NCBI GenBank assembly: GCA_017991415.1 | Contig: JAGOQR010000004.1 | Span: forward strand, 17,549 to 81,548 | Direction: 5' to 3' | DNA: 64,000 nt | Source: Candidatus Magasanikiibacteriota bacterium | GTDB lineage: Bacteria; Patescibacteriota; Patescibacteriia; Magasanikbacterales; GWA2-37-8 | Shown here: one piece after another, positions 1 through 8,268 of the stretch | How positions within the stretch are numbered: position 1 is the first letter of the stretch | Layout of the letters: the number at the start of each line of letters is the position of its first letter | Notes under the pieces: model-generated | Seen by the model: the letters and a program-made list of their open reading frames with translations, nothing else | What the model was told of the DNA's origin: nothing | The model's database searches: none | Program-made: the position numbers and the translations under genes

Positions 1-1346
1 TCGCTACCCGCGCTTAAATATTCCGTGTTAATATATTTTCCTTTGCGTTCGGAAATAAGCCCCATTACGTTGCCTACAAAATCTTTAGGGGTGATAACAT
101 CTAGTTTCATCCATGGTTCTAGGATTTGTTCTATGTGGGTCGGGTCGGGCATTTCTTGGGGGCTATGGATAGTTTTCTCTTGGTGGGTATTACTTATAAT
201 TCGGTATGCAACGCTTGGTACTGTAATTACTATTTCTAAATTATATTCTCTTTGCAATCTTTCTTGAAAAATATCCAAATGCAATAATCCTAAAAATCCA
301 CAACGGAAACCAAAGCCCAGGGCAAGAGAGTGCTCTGGTTCGTAAAAAAGAGAAGCATCATTTAGTTTTAGTTTATCTATAGCGTCGCGCAGCACTTGGT
401 ATGCATCACCTTCCTTGGGAAATATGCCTGCATATACCATTGGCTTTACTTCCTTATAGCCTGGTAGAGCGAGGGTATGAATATCTTTTTCTTCTTCCTT
501 TTTTTGGTAGGTAGTAATGGTATCACCGACTCGACAGTCTTTTAAATCCTTTAAACCAGTAATAACGTAGCCGATTTCACCATTGCCTATTTTGGGAGCT
601 GATTGAAATTTTGGTTTGTAGTAACCAACATCTAAAATTTCAGCTGGGGTTCTGGTACCAATTAAAAATATTCTATCTCCCTTTTTGAGTTCACCATCTA
701 CCACTCGAACTGAAGCAATAACGCCTTTATAATCATTGTATACTGAATCAAAAATCAACGCTCGGGTTGGTTTTTCGGTGGTTGATATTGGTGGAGGTAC
801 CTTATCTATAATTGCTTGTACTATATTTTCTACTCCTTGACCTGTTTTACCAGAGGCCAAAATAATTTCTTCTGGTTTACATCCAAGAAGATGCACAATT
901 TCATCCCGAGTTTTTTCAATATTGGCATTAGGCATGTCAATTTTATTGATCACGGGGATGATAGTGAGGTTTTGTTCTATGGCTAGGTAAAGGTTTCCAA
1001 TAGTTTGAGCTTGTACACCTTGGCTGGCATCGACAAGAAGCACCGCACCTTCTACTGCAGCCAGGGATCTTGATACTTCGTAATTAAAATCAACATGTCC
1101 AGGTGTATCGATAAGGTTGAGGATATAACTCTCGTGGGGAGAGGTAGGCGGAGAGTAGGTCATGCGAACAGGAGTGAGTTTGATAGTAATTCCTCGCTCA
1201 CGTTCGAGATCCATTGAATCTAAGAGCTGGGCTTTCATGTCGCGACGAGCAACGGTGCCTGTAAATTCTAAAAGACGGTCAGCCAGCGTGCTTTTACCAT
1301 GATCAATATGGGCTATGATGCAGAAATTGCGAATATTATTGTTCAT
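1..1346 (-). CDS. lepA: Elongation factor 4 (LepA), N-terminal ~448 aa; C-terminus lies beyond the window start
   Basis: Reverse-strand translation from ATG (rc of 1344-1346) reads MNNNIRNFCIIAHIDHGKSTLADRLLE...DTPGHVDFNYEVSRSL...NKIDMPNA, the GTPase G1-G4 motifs of LepA. The ORF runs off the window edge, so it is absent from the ORF track. Confidence 0.9.
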   Translation of the reverse strand, partial: MNNNIRNFCIIAHIDHGKSTLADRLLEFTGTVARRDMKAQLLDSMDLERERGITIKLTPVRMTYSPPTSPHESYILNLIDTPGHVDFNYEVSRSLAAVEGAVLLVDASQGVQAQTIGNLYLAIEQNLTIIPVINKIDMPNANIEKTRDEIVHLLGCKPEEIILASGKTGQGVENIVQAIIDKVPPPISTTEKPTRALIFDSVYNDYKGVIASVRVVDGELKKGDRIFLIGTRTPAEILDVGYYKPKFQSAPKIGNGEIGYVITGLKDLKDCRVGDTITTYQKKEEEKDIHTLALPGYKEVKPMVYAGIFPKEGDAYQVLRDAIDKLKLNDASLFYEPEHSLALGFGFRCGFLGLLHLDIFQERLQREYNLEIVITVPSVAYRIISNTHQEKTIHSPQEMPDPTHIEQILEPWMKLDVITPKDFVGNVMGLISERKGKYINTEYLSAGS

Positions 1347-1361
1347 ATTCTGAAAAATTCT

Positions 1362-2978
1362 CTATGCGTTAGTTTCAATTGATTCTTCCATTTTTATTTG
1401 TTTTGGTCTAAAGAATCGGGTGCTTAAAGTGTCTTTTATTTGTAGTAATTCTGGCACTTTCAAAAGGTAACATATTATTAGATAAATTGCTATACCAGCC
1501 AAGCTGGCAGTAAGGCCTTGTCCTAAAATTCCAATAAAGTAGTCCTGGTTAAATATTGTTGCCAAAGGCTTTTTGGCATATTGAATTGTCAGAGCCATCG
1601 GTATAGCTGCTATTAATATTTTATATAAAGAAGCAAGTATTTTTTCTCCATCAATTACTTGTATTGTTTTTTTAAGGTAAAACGTGAGGATAGTAAGGTT
1701 TGTAATCGATCCGATTGAGAAGGCGAGGGCAAGGCCAGCTACGCCGAGTGGCTTCATAAGGAGTAAGGCAGCAATAATGCTAGTAAGTTCTGAAATAATG
1801 CCAATTACAAATGGTGTTTTAGTGTTAGATAGCGCATAAAATGCTCGAGCAAGTAGTGGAATAAGTGCCTGGGCGAATAAACTTAAGGCAAAAAAAGCTA
1901 GGGTGTCGGCAGTATTGATGGTGTCGTTCCAGCTAAATTTTCCTGTACCGTAGACTACGCGTACTGTTTGGGCTCTGAGTAATAAAATGATAAGAGCGCA
2001 CGGTATGATTAAAAATAAAACTTGTCGTATTGTGGAAGATAAATTTTTTACAAATTCGTTCATGTCATTTTTAGAAGCAGCGGTTGCGAGAACTGGAAAA
2101 ACTGCCAACGCGAATGGTATGCCAATAATGCCGATAGGCACTGCTTGTAAATTGTTGGCATAGTTAAAAATTGCCACACTACCAACGGGTAGTAGCGATG
2201 CTAAGATGGTTATGATGACCAAGTTTAATTGACTGATAGCTAGTCCTAAAGTTCTTGGTATCATGAGTTTTCCTACCAGCCTGGCGTTACTATCTTTTAA
2301 ATTAAAGTACCAGCGCCACCTGTAGCCATTGGCATAGGCGCTATAGGCCTGTAAAGAAAAATGCATGAATGCTCCTAAAACAACACCCCAAGCTAAGCCA
2401 CTTATGCCAATCATTGGTACAAGAACAGTGGCGCCTATTATAATGCCTAAATTATAAAAAATTGGAGCAAGAGAGTATAGAAAAAAAGTTCGTAGTGATT
2501 GGAGTATGCCTCCGATAACCATAGAGAGCCCGAGCAGTATGGTAGACCCAAACATGATGCGGGTCAGTGTAGCGACGAGCTCTTTGGAAGAATCGCTAAA
2601 TCCAGGGGCAATAAATGGTGCAAGTTTTGGCGCAAAGATGATGCCAAAAAAACTAACGAGCAACAAAGAGAGGGCAGTAATATTTAAAATATTATTGGCT
2701 AGTTTCCAAGCAGATGACTTATCTTCGCTTTGATTAAAAAGTTTGGTAAAAGTGGGGATAAATCCAGCGCTTAAGGCGCCGATAATAAGTAGATTATAAA
2801 TTAAATCAGGAATTTTAAAGGCCGCATAGTAGGCGTCCATAACTGGGCCAGCGCCAAAATAATGTGTAAAAATTCTATCGCGCGCCAAGCCCATAAGACG
2901 GCTCACGAGGGTAGCGCCAGAAATTATAATAGCGGCTCCAGTGATGGATTTTGATTGGCCATTAAAAATTTTTAACAT
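1362..2978 (-). CDS. murJ: Lipid II flippase MurJ (MviN family, MOP superfamily)
   Basis: 538 aa polytopic membrane protein. N-terminus MLKIFNGQSKSITGAAIIISGATLVSRLMGLARDRIFTHYFGAG is typical of MurJ/MviN. Confidence 0.85.
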   Translation of the reverse strand: MLKIFNGQSKSITGAAIIISGATLVSRLMGLARDRIFTHYFGAGPVMDAYYAAFKIPDLIYNLLIIGALSAGFIPTFTKLFNQSEDKSSAWKLANNILNITALSLLLVSFFGIIFAPKLAPFIAPGFSDSSKELVATLTRIMFGSTILLGLSMVIGGILQSLRTFFLYSLAPIFYNLGIIIGATVLVPMIGISGLAWGVVLGAFMHFSLQAYSAYANGYRWRWYFNLKDSNARLVGKLMIPRTLGLAISQLNLVIITILASLLPVGSVAIFNYANNLQAVPIGIIGIPFALAVFPVLATAASKNDMNEFVKNLSSTIRQVLFLIIPCALIILLLRAQTVRVVYGTGKFSWNDTINTADTLAFFALSLFAQALIPLLARAFYALSNTKTPFVIGIISELTSIIAALLLMKPLGVAGLALAFSIGSITNLTILTFYLKKTIQVIDGEKILASLYKILIAAIPMALTIQYAKKPLATIFNQDYFIGILGQGLTASLAGIAIYLIICYLLKVPELLQIKDTLSTRFFRPKQIKMEESIETNA

Positions 2979-2981
2979 ACT

Positions 2982-3668
2982 TTATTGGTTGGTGGTAGTG
3001 GTTGATTCGGTTTGGAGGTTAACGGTGAGAACAGCATATTCGGCGCCTTGTCCTGATGGGCCTTGTACATACATAGAGCCTGTAATTGTATCTTTGCTAA
3101 AAGAAAATTGTCGTACATTTTCTCCTTCACTTTCCACATCAATCGTAAAACCTTTGTTTTTTAATTCAGTTTTATAGTAGCCAATAATAAAAAACGGATC
3201 AGCGTTGAGTTTTTTCCATTCTATTTGTACGGTATCACGATGGTCGCTTACGGGTGCGCTAATCATTTTCCAAGCACTGGCTACGGTGTTGAGTTTGTTA
3301 TTTTCTTCTTTATTTTGAGGGCTTTTGTCTAAAGTGAGGAGAAGGGGAGATAAGATTATTTTTGGAAAAAAAGCAGCAATTTCGATACCGCGATTTTTAT
3401 ATTTTCCAGAAATAAAGGTAATTTGTTCGATACTATCTTTGTCATACACAGGAATTTCTTCGGGAAAGTTGTCTGGGACACTGGCCAGAGTTTCGGGACC
3501 GCTACCAAGCGCAAGACGGATAAAAATAATTATGCCAATAATAATAAAAACTAAACAACCGCAACCAGTAAAACAGGCTCGTTTGATAGCGGAGAAAGCA
3601 GAATATTTTTTGGTTAGCTCGCCAATTGGCGGTTCAACTATTTCGACACTGTCTAGATTTCTGCGCAT
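2982..3668 (-). CDS. Hypothetical membrane-anchored protein (single N-terminal TM)
   Basis: 228 aa ORF with a hydrophobic stretch CLVFIIIGIIIFIRLALG near the N-terminus. It is tightly packed against murJ; no family recognised. Confidence 0.5.
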   Translation of the reverse strand: MRRNLDSVEIVEPPIGELTKKYSAFSAIKRACFTGCGCLVFIIIGIIIFIRLALGSGPETLASVPDNFPEEIPVYDKDSIEQITFISGKYKNRGIEIAAFFPKIILSPLLLTLDKSPQNKEENNKLNTVASAWKMISAPVSDHRDTVQIEWKKLNADPFFIIGYYKTELKNKGFTIDVESEGENVRQFSFSKDTITGSMYVQGPSGQGAEYAVLTVNLQTESTTTTNQ

Positions 3669-3886
3669 ATTGATTTAGCAAAATCACGCCGTGCAATGTC
3701 CGTTGAAGCGCGACGTTTAGTGAAACTATTGTAGCAGAAAATCTTATTACTGGATAGGTTCAACTTAAGATGATTTTGTGTCGTCTTGACGTTTTTTAAC
3801 TTTTAAGGTATGTTCTGCTTTATCTCTGGTGCACGTTGCTCCAGTAGATAATGGCTCTGTAGGAAAGTTCGAGGTTCGAAATCAGT

Positions 3887-4318
3887 ATGAAGAAGAACAT
3901 CTTGCGTGTCGTGTCGGTTGCGTTGCTCTTCGCCGCCGTCCTGTTGGTGGCAGCCTGCGTCGAGCAGGCGGGGGGTGACATGGGTTTCGTCACCCAGGCG
4001 ATCACGAACGAGGAGGCTAGGTCCGACATCGAGAAGGCCTACGAAGGAGGGGATCTCGGTTCGGCGACGGTCGAAGTGAAGACCCCGCCCAAGGACAGCC
4101 ACTACCTCACCGGCGACGTGTGGGTCATCGGTTGGAGCAGCGCCAGCAAGCAGGTCTGCGACATGCGAACCCGCACGTGGGCGACCGAGGTCAACTTCGG
4201 CATCCTGTGCTACCGGCTGTCCGCCCTCTGTTGCAACACGATCCACCCCTACCCGAACTCGCCGCCGATGGCGTACTGCGACGTCTACAAGCTGGAGTGC
4301 TACCCCGCCATGTGGTAG
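3887..4318 (+). CDS. Cysteine-rich small lipoprotein, compositionally foreign (GC-rich)
   Basis: 143 aa. Signal peptide plus lipobox MKKNILRVVSVALLFAAVLLVAAC, with 7 further Cys in the mature part. Codons are GC-rich (GCC, GTC, CTG, CGC), unlike every neighbouring gene. Confidence 0.6.
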   Translation: MKKNILRVVSVALLFAAVLLVAACVEQAGGDMGFVTQAITNEEARSDIEKAYEGGDLGSATVEVKTPPKDSHYLTGDVWVIGWSSASKQVCDMRTRTWATEVNFGILCYRLSALCCNTIHPYPNSPPMAYCDVYKLECYPAMW

Positions 4319-4378
4319 TAGTTTGCTGGGCGTTAAAACCCAGCAAAAAACTACCGAGCATGCAGGAGCCTTACAACA

Positions 4379-4447
4379 GGCCGCCTACATGTTCATTATT
4401 TTTTACTTAAATGTAGAAGTTAATGAACAGGCGGTCTTTTGTTTTTG
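4379..4447 (+). terminator. Putative rho-independent terminator after the GC-rich lipoprotein gene
   Basis: Arms ccgcct..gttcatt (4381-4397) and aatgaac-aggcgg (4422-4434), followed by tcttttgtttttgg. The loop is long, which weakens the call. Confidence 0.45.
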
Positions 4448-4501
4448 GAAAATTTACTCTTTCTCTGCTATACTTAATTTTATCTTAATAAATCTAAGTT
4501 T

Positions 4502-5851
4502 ATGAAATTATCTTTTTTTGGGGCAGCGGGCGAAGTTACTGGTTCATGTAGTATGTTCACCGTGGGTGAAGATGCCTTTTTGGTAGATTGCGGTATGTTT
4601 CAAGGCGAGCAAACCAAAGAAGTAAAAAATAAAGAATCCCTTCCTTTTAATCCCGCTGAGTTAAAAGCGGTTATAATTACTCACGCCCATCTCGATCATG
4701 TCGGTCGTTTACCTGTGCTCGTTAAAAATGGCTATGAAGGGCATTTTTATGCTACAGCACCTACTATAGAGTTGGCCGAACTTATTCTGGAGGATGCGCT
4801 GCATATTATGATCTATAACCATCGCCACTCAGGCGCAGAATTGTTATATGATTCAGAAGACATTGCGCGCGTGATGGAAAGGTTTAAGCCTGTTGCTTAT
4901 AAAGAAAAATTTTCATTAACCCCTACTGTTGCTTTTACGCTGCATGACGCAGGTCATATTTTTGGTTCTGCCTTTGTAGAAGTAGAGGCAGAAGGCAAGC
5001 GAGTAGTATTTTCTGGCGATGTGGGAAATGCTCATGTGCCGATCTTAAAGGATACGGAACCATTGCCAAAAGATATAGATCTGCTGGTCTGTGAATCTAC
5101 GTATGGAAATCGTTTGCACGAAACAACGAGTAAGCGTCAAGAAATCCTTACTACTCTTATTTCCGAAGCAATTGCTCGAGGAGGAGTCCTTATGATCCCA
5201 TCTTTTTCTTTGGAAAGAACGCAAGAGCTAATTTATGAACTAAACAATCTGGTAGACCGTCAGCACGTGTTGCCTCGTATTCCTATTTTTTTGGATAGTC
5301 CGCTGGCTATTAAAGCAACCAAAGTGTATTTAAAGTATCCAGAGTATTATGATGCTGAAGCAGAAAAATTATTAAAAAATGGTGATGATTTATTTGATTT
5401 TCCAGGCTTAGTAATGACCGAAACAAAAGAAGAATCAAAAAAAATTAATCAAACTCCTGGTCCAAAAATTATTATTGCTGGTTCTGGTATGATGAATGGT
5501 GGCAGAATTTTGCATCACGCCATTCGTTATTTATCAGACAAGAAAAATACGTTATTAATTATTGGGTATCAATCTGAAGGTACGCCTGGAAGAAAAATTT
5601 TAGATGGTCATTCGCCTGTTGAAATTATGGGAGAACGAGTAGCGGTCAATTGCCAAGTAAAAGCGATAGGTGCTCTTTCAGCTCATGCTGATCAGGAAAA
5701 ATTGCTGGCTTGGATTGGGAGTGCTAAACCAAAAAAAGTAGTGCTTAATCACGGTGAAAAAAATGTTGCTGAAGTTCTAGCCAACAAATTACAAGGAGAG
5801 TTTGGGATAGAAGCTATACCTGCAGATTTTGAGCAAGAAATACAAATTTAA
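4502..5851 (+). CDS. beta-CASP family MBL-fold ribonuclease (RNase J / CPSF-like RNA-metabolising metallo-beta-lactamase)
   Basis: 449 aa. HxHxDH motif HAHLDHVG, then later D/H motifs, and the C-terminal beta-CASP motif SAHADQEKLL. Confidence 0.75.
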   Translation: MKLSFFGAAGEVTGSCSMFTVGEDAFLVDCGMFQGEQTKEVKNKESLPFNPAELKAVIITHAHLDHVGRLPVLVKNGYEGHFYATAPTIELAELILEDALHIMIYNHRHSGAELLYDSEDIARVMERFKPVAYKEKFSLTPTVAFTLHDAGHIFGSAFVEVEAEGKRVVFSGDVGNAHVPILKDTEPLPKDIDLLVCESTYGNRLHETTSKRQEILTTLISEAIARGGVLMIPSFSLERTQELIYELNNLVDRQHVLPRIPIFLDSPLAIKATKVYLKYPEYYDAEAEKLLKNGDDLFDFPGLVMTETKEESKKINQTPGPKIIIAGSGMMNGGRILHHAIRYLSDKKNTLLIIGYQSEGTPGRKILDGHSPVEIMGERVAVNCQVKAIGALSAHADQEKLLAWIGSAKPKKVVLNHGEKNVAEVLANKLQGEFGIEAIPADFEQEIQI

Positions 5852-5886
5852 TTTAAACAAAAAAAGATAATCTAAAAATTATCCCC

Positions 5887-5914
5887 AGGTCCCTGAAAAG
5901 GGACTTTTTTTGTT
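5887..5914 (+). terminator. Rho-independent terminator
   Basis: Stem gtccct / agggac with loop gaaa, followed by tttttttgtttt. Confidence 0.7.
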
Positions 5915-5957
5915 TTATTTTAGCCAAATAAAATGATGTGAGAAATGGTTTAAAATG

Positions 5958-5986
5958 TTGACTTATGTTTGAAAGTGGTATAAAAT
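5958..5986 (+). promoter_or_regulatory. Sigma70-type promoter for the mraZ operon
   Basis: -35 TTGACT (5958-5963), then a 17 bp spacer, then -10 TAAAAT (5981-5986). Confidence 0.5.
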
Positions 5987-6010
5987 GGATTGTAGTGGAG
6001 TGAAGTGGGG
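5974..6010 (+). promoter_or_regulatory. Direct AGTGG repeats (candidate MraZ boxes) overlapping and downstream of the mraZ promoter
   Basis: AGTGG at 5974, 5994 and 6004 (spacings 20 and 10 bp; the last reads AGTGGGG). MraZ is known to bind direct GTGG(G) repeats in its own promoter. Confidence 0.4.
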
Positions 6011-6044
6011 AAAATATAGCTTACGTTCAAAAATCCTATCATTA

Positions 6045-6479
6045 CGTATGTTCATTGGTGAATATAGTCACAACGTAGACGATAAAGGCAGAATGGCAAT
6101 TCCTGCTAAATTTCGTCGTGAACTTAATAAGGGTGCAGTTGTTACTCGTGGTCTAGATAACTGTCTTTTTTTATATACCAAAACTGAATGGGAAAAATTA
6201 GCTGAAAAATTGGCAGCATTACCTATTAGTCAATCTAATACGAGAGCTTTTTCTCGTCTTATGCTTGCAGGAGCTATGGATGTGGAGTTGGACAAACAAG
6301 GACGAGTAATTTTACCAGAGTATTTGCGTACTTTTGCTGGAATTAAAAAAAGTTTAGTTATTGCAGGTTTGTATAATCGATTAGAAATTTGGGATACAGA
6401 AGTATGGAATAAATATAAAAATCAAACTGAAGCTGAAAGTGGCGCAATTGCCGAGAGAATGGGTGAGCTAGGGGTTTAA
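6045..6479 (+). CDS. mraZ: Transcriptional regulator MraZ
   Basis: MFIGEYSHNVDDKGRMAIPAKFRREL...GRVILPEYLRTFAGI shows the duplicated MraZ/SpoVT-AbrB motif. The track start at 5985 is over-extended into the promoter, so ATG 6045 is preferred. Confidence 0.85.
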   Translation, partial: RMFIGEYSHNVDDKGRMAIPAKFRRELNKGAVVTRGLDNCLFLYTKTEWEKLAEKLAALPISQSNTRAFSRLMLAGAMDVELDKQGRVILPEYLRTFAGIKKSLVIAGLYNRLEIWDTEVWNKYKNQTEAESGAIAERMGELGV

Positions 6480-6490
6480 TAATTCAACCT

Positions 6491-7417
6491 ATGAAACATG
6501 TACCGGTATTACTAACAGAGACGATTGATTCTTTACAATTAAAACCTGGAATGAATGTTATTGATTGTACGCTCGGTGATGCGGGCCATAGCGAAGCGAT
6601 GCTTGAGAAAATTTCTCCTCAGGGAAAATTGCTTGGTATAGATTTGGATCCAGAGGCTGTGTTACGAGCTAAAAGATTTTTATATCGTTTTGAAAATCAA
6701 ATTCTGCTGGTAAGAGATAATTTTGCAAACCTAGAAGAAATCATGAGCAAAAATAATTTTTTGCAAGTAGATGCGATTCTTATGGATTTAGGCTGGTCTT
6801 CGCCTCAATTTGAGGAAAGAGGTAGAGGCTTTAGTTTTTTAACAGACGAGCCGCTTGATATGCGGTATGGTGTGGGTGAGATGTTAAAAGTTCAAGGTGA
6901 GGAAAGTGTAACAGCCGCAGATATTGTAAATTCTTATTCCGAAGATGAGCTCAATCGAATTTTTAAAACGTACGGAGAAGAAAAATTTAGTAGAGATATA
7001 GCTAGGGCAATAATGGTATATCGAAAAAATAAAAAAATAGAGAAAACAGCCGAATTTACCGAAATAATTTTACAAGTCTATAGAGAAAAATTGCATACTG
7101 AAAAAGAGGTTCCGTGGTTAGGTGGCTTGCACCCAGCTACAAAAATTTTTCAAGCGTTGCGCATAGAGGTAAACCGAGAGTTGGAAAGTTTAAAAAAAGT
7201 GTTACCTCAGGCAGTAGAAGCGTTGCAAAGTGGCGGGCGACTCTCAGTAATCACCTTTCATTCACTCGAAGATAGAATAGTAAAACAATATTTTAAATCA
7301 GTCGAACATAAAAAAATAAAATTAGTAAATAAAAAACCTATTATTGCCACCGAAGCAGAGCTAAAAAATAATAGCAAAGCTCGCAGCGCAAAATTAAGGG
7401 TTGTAGAAAAAATTTAA
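6491..7417 (+). CDS. rsmH: 16S rRNA (cytosine1402-N4)-methyltransferase RsmH (MraW)
   Basis: MKHVPVLLTETIDSLQLKPGMNVIDCTLGDAGHSEAML..., canonical RsmH, lying immediately after mraZ. Confidence 0.9.
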   Translation: MKHVPVLLTETIDSLQLKPGMNVIDCTLGDAGHSEAMLEKISPQGKLLGIDLDPEAVLRAKRFLYRFENQILLVRDNFANLEEIMSKNNFLQVDAILMDLGWSSPQFEERGRGFSFLTDEPLDMRYGVGEMLKVQGEESVTAADIVNSYSEDELNRIFKTYGEEKFSRDIARAIMVYRKNKKIEKTAEFTEIILQVYREKLHTEKEVPWLGGLHPATKIFQALRIEVNRELESLKKVLPQAVEALQSGGRLSVITFHSLEDRIVKQYFKSVEHKKIKLVNKKPIIATEAELKNNSKARSAKLRVVEKI

Positions 7418-7426
7418 TTTATATAT

Positions 7427-7786
7427 ATGTCACTCAAACGCCAAATTCAACACAAGTATCAAAATTTCAAATTTTCTATTCGCACTATTGCGGTGCCTGC
7501 TTGGGTTACCTCTCGAGCTATGCGTGTAGGACTATTTTTTACTATATTTTTATTTGGCACGGCCTATATCTTAAACATCACCGCCTCTGCTACAAGTGGT
7601 TATCAGGTAAGAGAGTTAGAAAAAAATACCCAATCATTAGAAATGGAAGTGCGTAAGTTAGAAGTAGAGATAGCCGATAATAGCTCTATTACAAGTATTG
7701 CTTCTCGATTAGAAAAGCTCGACATGACTGAAGCTACAAATATCAAACATGTAGCCATGAAAAGTAGTGTGGTTGCTAAGAATTAA
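7427..7786 (+). CDS. ftsL: Cell division protein FtsL-like (small bitopic coiled-coil protein)
   Basis: 119 aa with one TM (VGLFFTIFLFGTAYIL) followed by a coiled coil (ELEKNTQSLEMEVRKLEVEI). It occupies the conserved position after rsmH. Confidence 0.6.
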   Translation: MSLKRQIQHKYQNFKFSIRTIAVPAWVTSRAMRVGLFFTIFLFGTAYILNITASATSGYQVRELEKNTQSLEMEVRKLEVEIADNSSITSIASRLEKLDMTEATNIKHVAMKSSVVAKN

Positions 7787-7801
7787 AATTTATTAATTTA
7801 A

Positions 7802-7832
7802 AAAAATCCCTCTGAGTCAGAGGGATTTTTTA
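7802..7832 (+). terminator. Strong rho-independent terminator
   Basis: aaatccctct-gagtc-agagggattt followed by ttttatt. Confidence 0.8.
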
Positions 7833-7893
7833 TTAGCTTTTAATATGATATACTAATAGTAAATCATATTTACCATAGTCTGTATAAATTGGT

Positions 7894-8253
7894 ATGGGAA
7901 TTTTAATTTTGCAACGTCTATTCTTAGAAGCCATTTTGGATATTTTTTATTTTCCAATTTGGTGGTATAGCAAAGGCGCTCTCTATGCCATAAAAAAATG
8001 TTTTGGTTTTTTCAAACAGGGGAATGCAAATCTAGCCCCTGGTTTATGGCTGGCCAATTTATTTGTGCCAATGTTTGGTCAGTTTGATTGGGAAGGTCGT
8101 ATTGTGAGCTTTTTCATGCGTCTTGTGCAAACTATTGTCCGTGCGTTTGGCCTTCTGATATGGCTCATATTTTGTTTGGCTTTATTTATTATGTGGCTAT
8201 CTTTGCCAGTAGTAGTATTTTATGGACTTGTTTTTTGGTCTCATTCAAATTAG
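7894..8253 (+). CDS. Hypothetical small membrane protein
   Basis: 119 aa with 3-4 predicted TM segments (FYFPIWWY..., LIWLIFCLALFIMWLSLPVVVFYGLVFW). It directly precedes the Clp-like gene. Confidence 0.5.
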   Translation: MGILILQRLFLEAILDIFYFPIWWYSKGALYAIKKCFGFFKQGNANLAPGLWLANLFVPMFGQFDWEGRIVSFFMRLVQTIVRAFGLLIWLIFCLALFIMWLSLPVVVFYGLVFWSHSN

Positions 8254-8268
8254 TTAAGGAGAGTTAGT

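Noticed and set aside
3873-3883. tRNA T-loop-like motif GGTTCGAAATC just upstream of the GC-rich ORF
   Set aside because: No acceptor, D or anticodon arms can be built around it, so it is not a tRNA gene. It is kept only as a possible integration-site remnant.
3803-4410. Minus- and plus-strand ORFs of 69-147 aa overlapping the GC-rich lipoprotein gene (3803..4246 -, 3820..4029 -, 4120..4410 +)
   Set aside because: High GC suppresses stop codons in all frames. Only the 3887-4318 + frame has a start with a signal peptide/lipobox and sensible amino-acid composition.
5985-6044. Track start of the mraZ ORF at 5985 (164 aa)
   Set aside because: The N-terminal 20 residues are encoded by the promoter/MraZ-box repeats (translating to ..WGKYSLRSKILSLRM). 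The conserved MraZ sequence begins at M6045.
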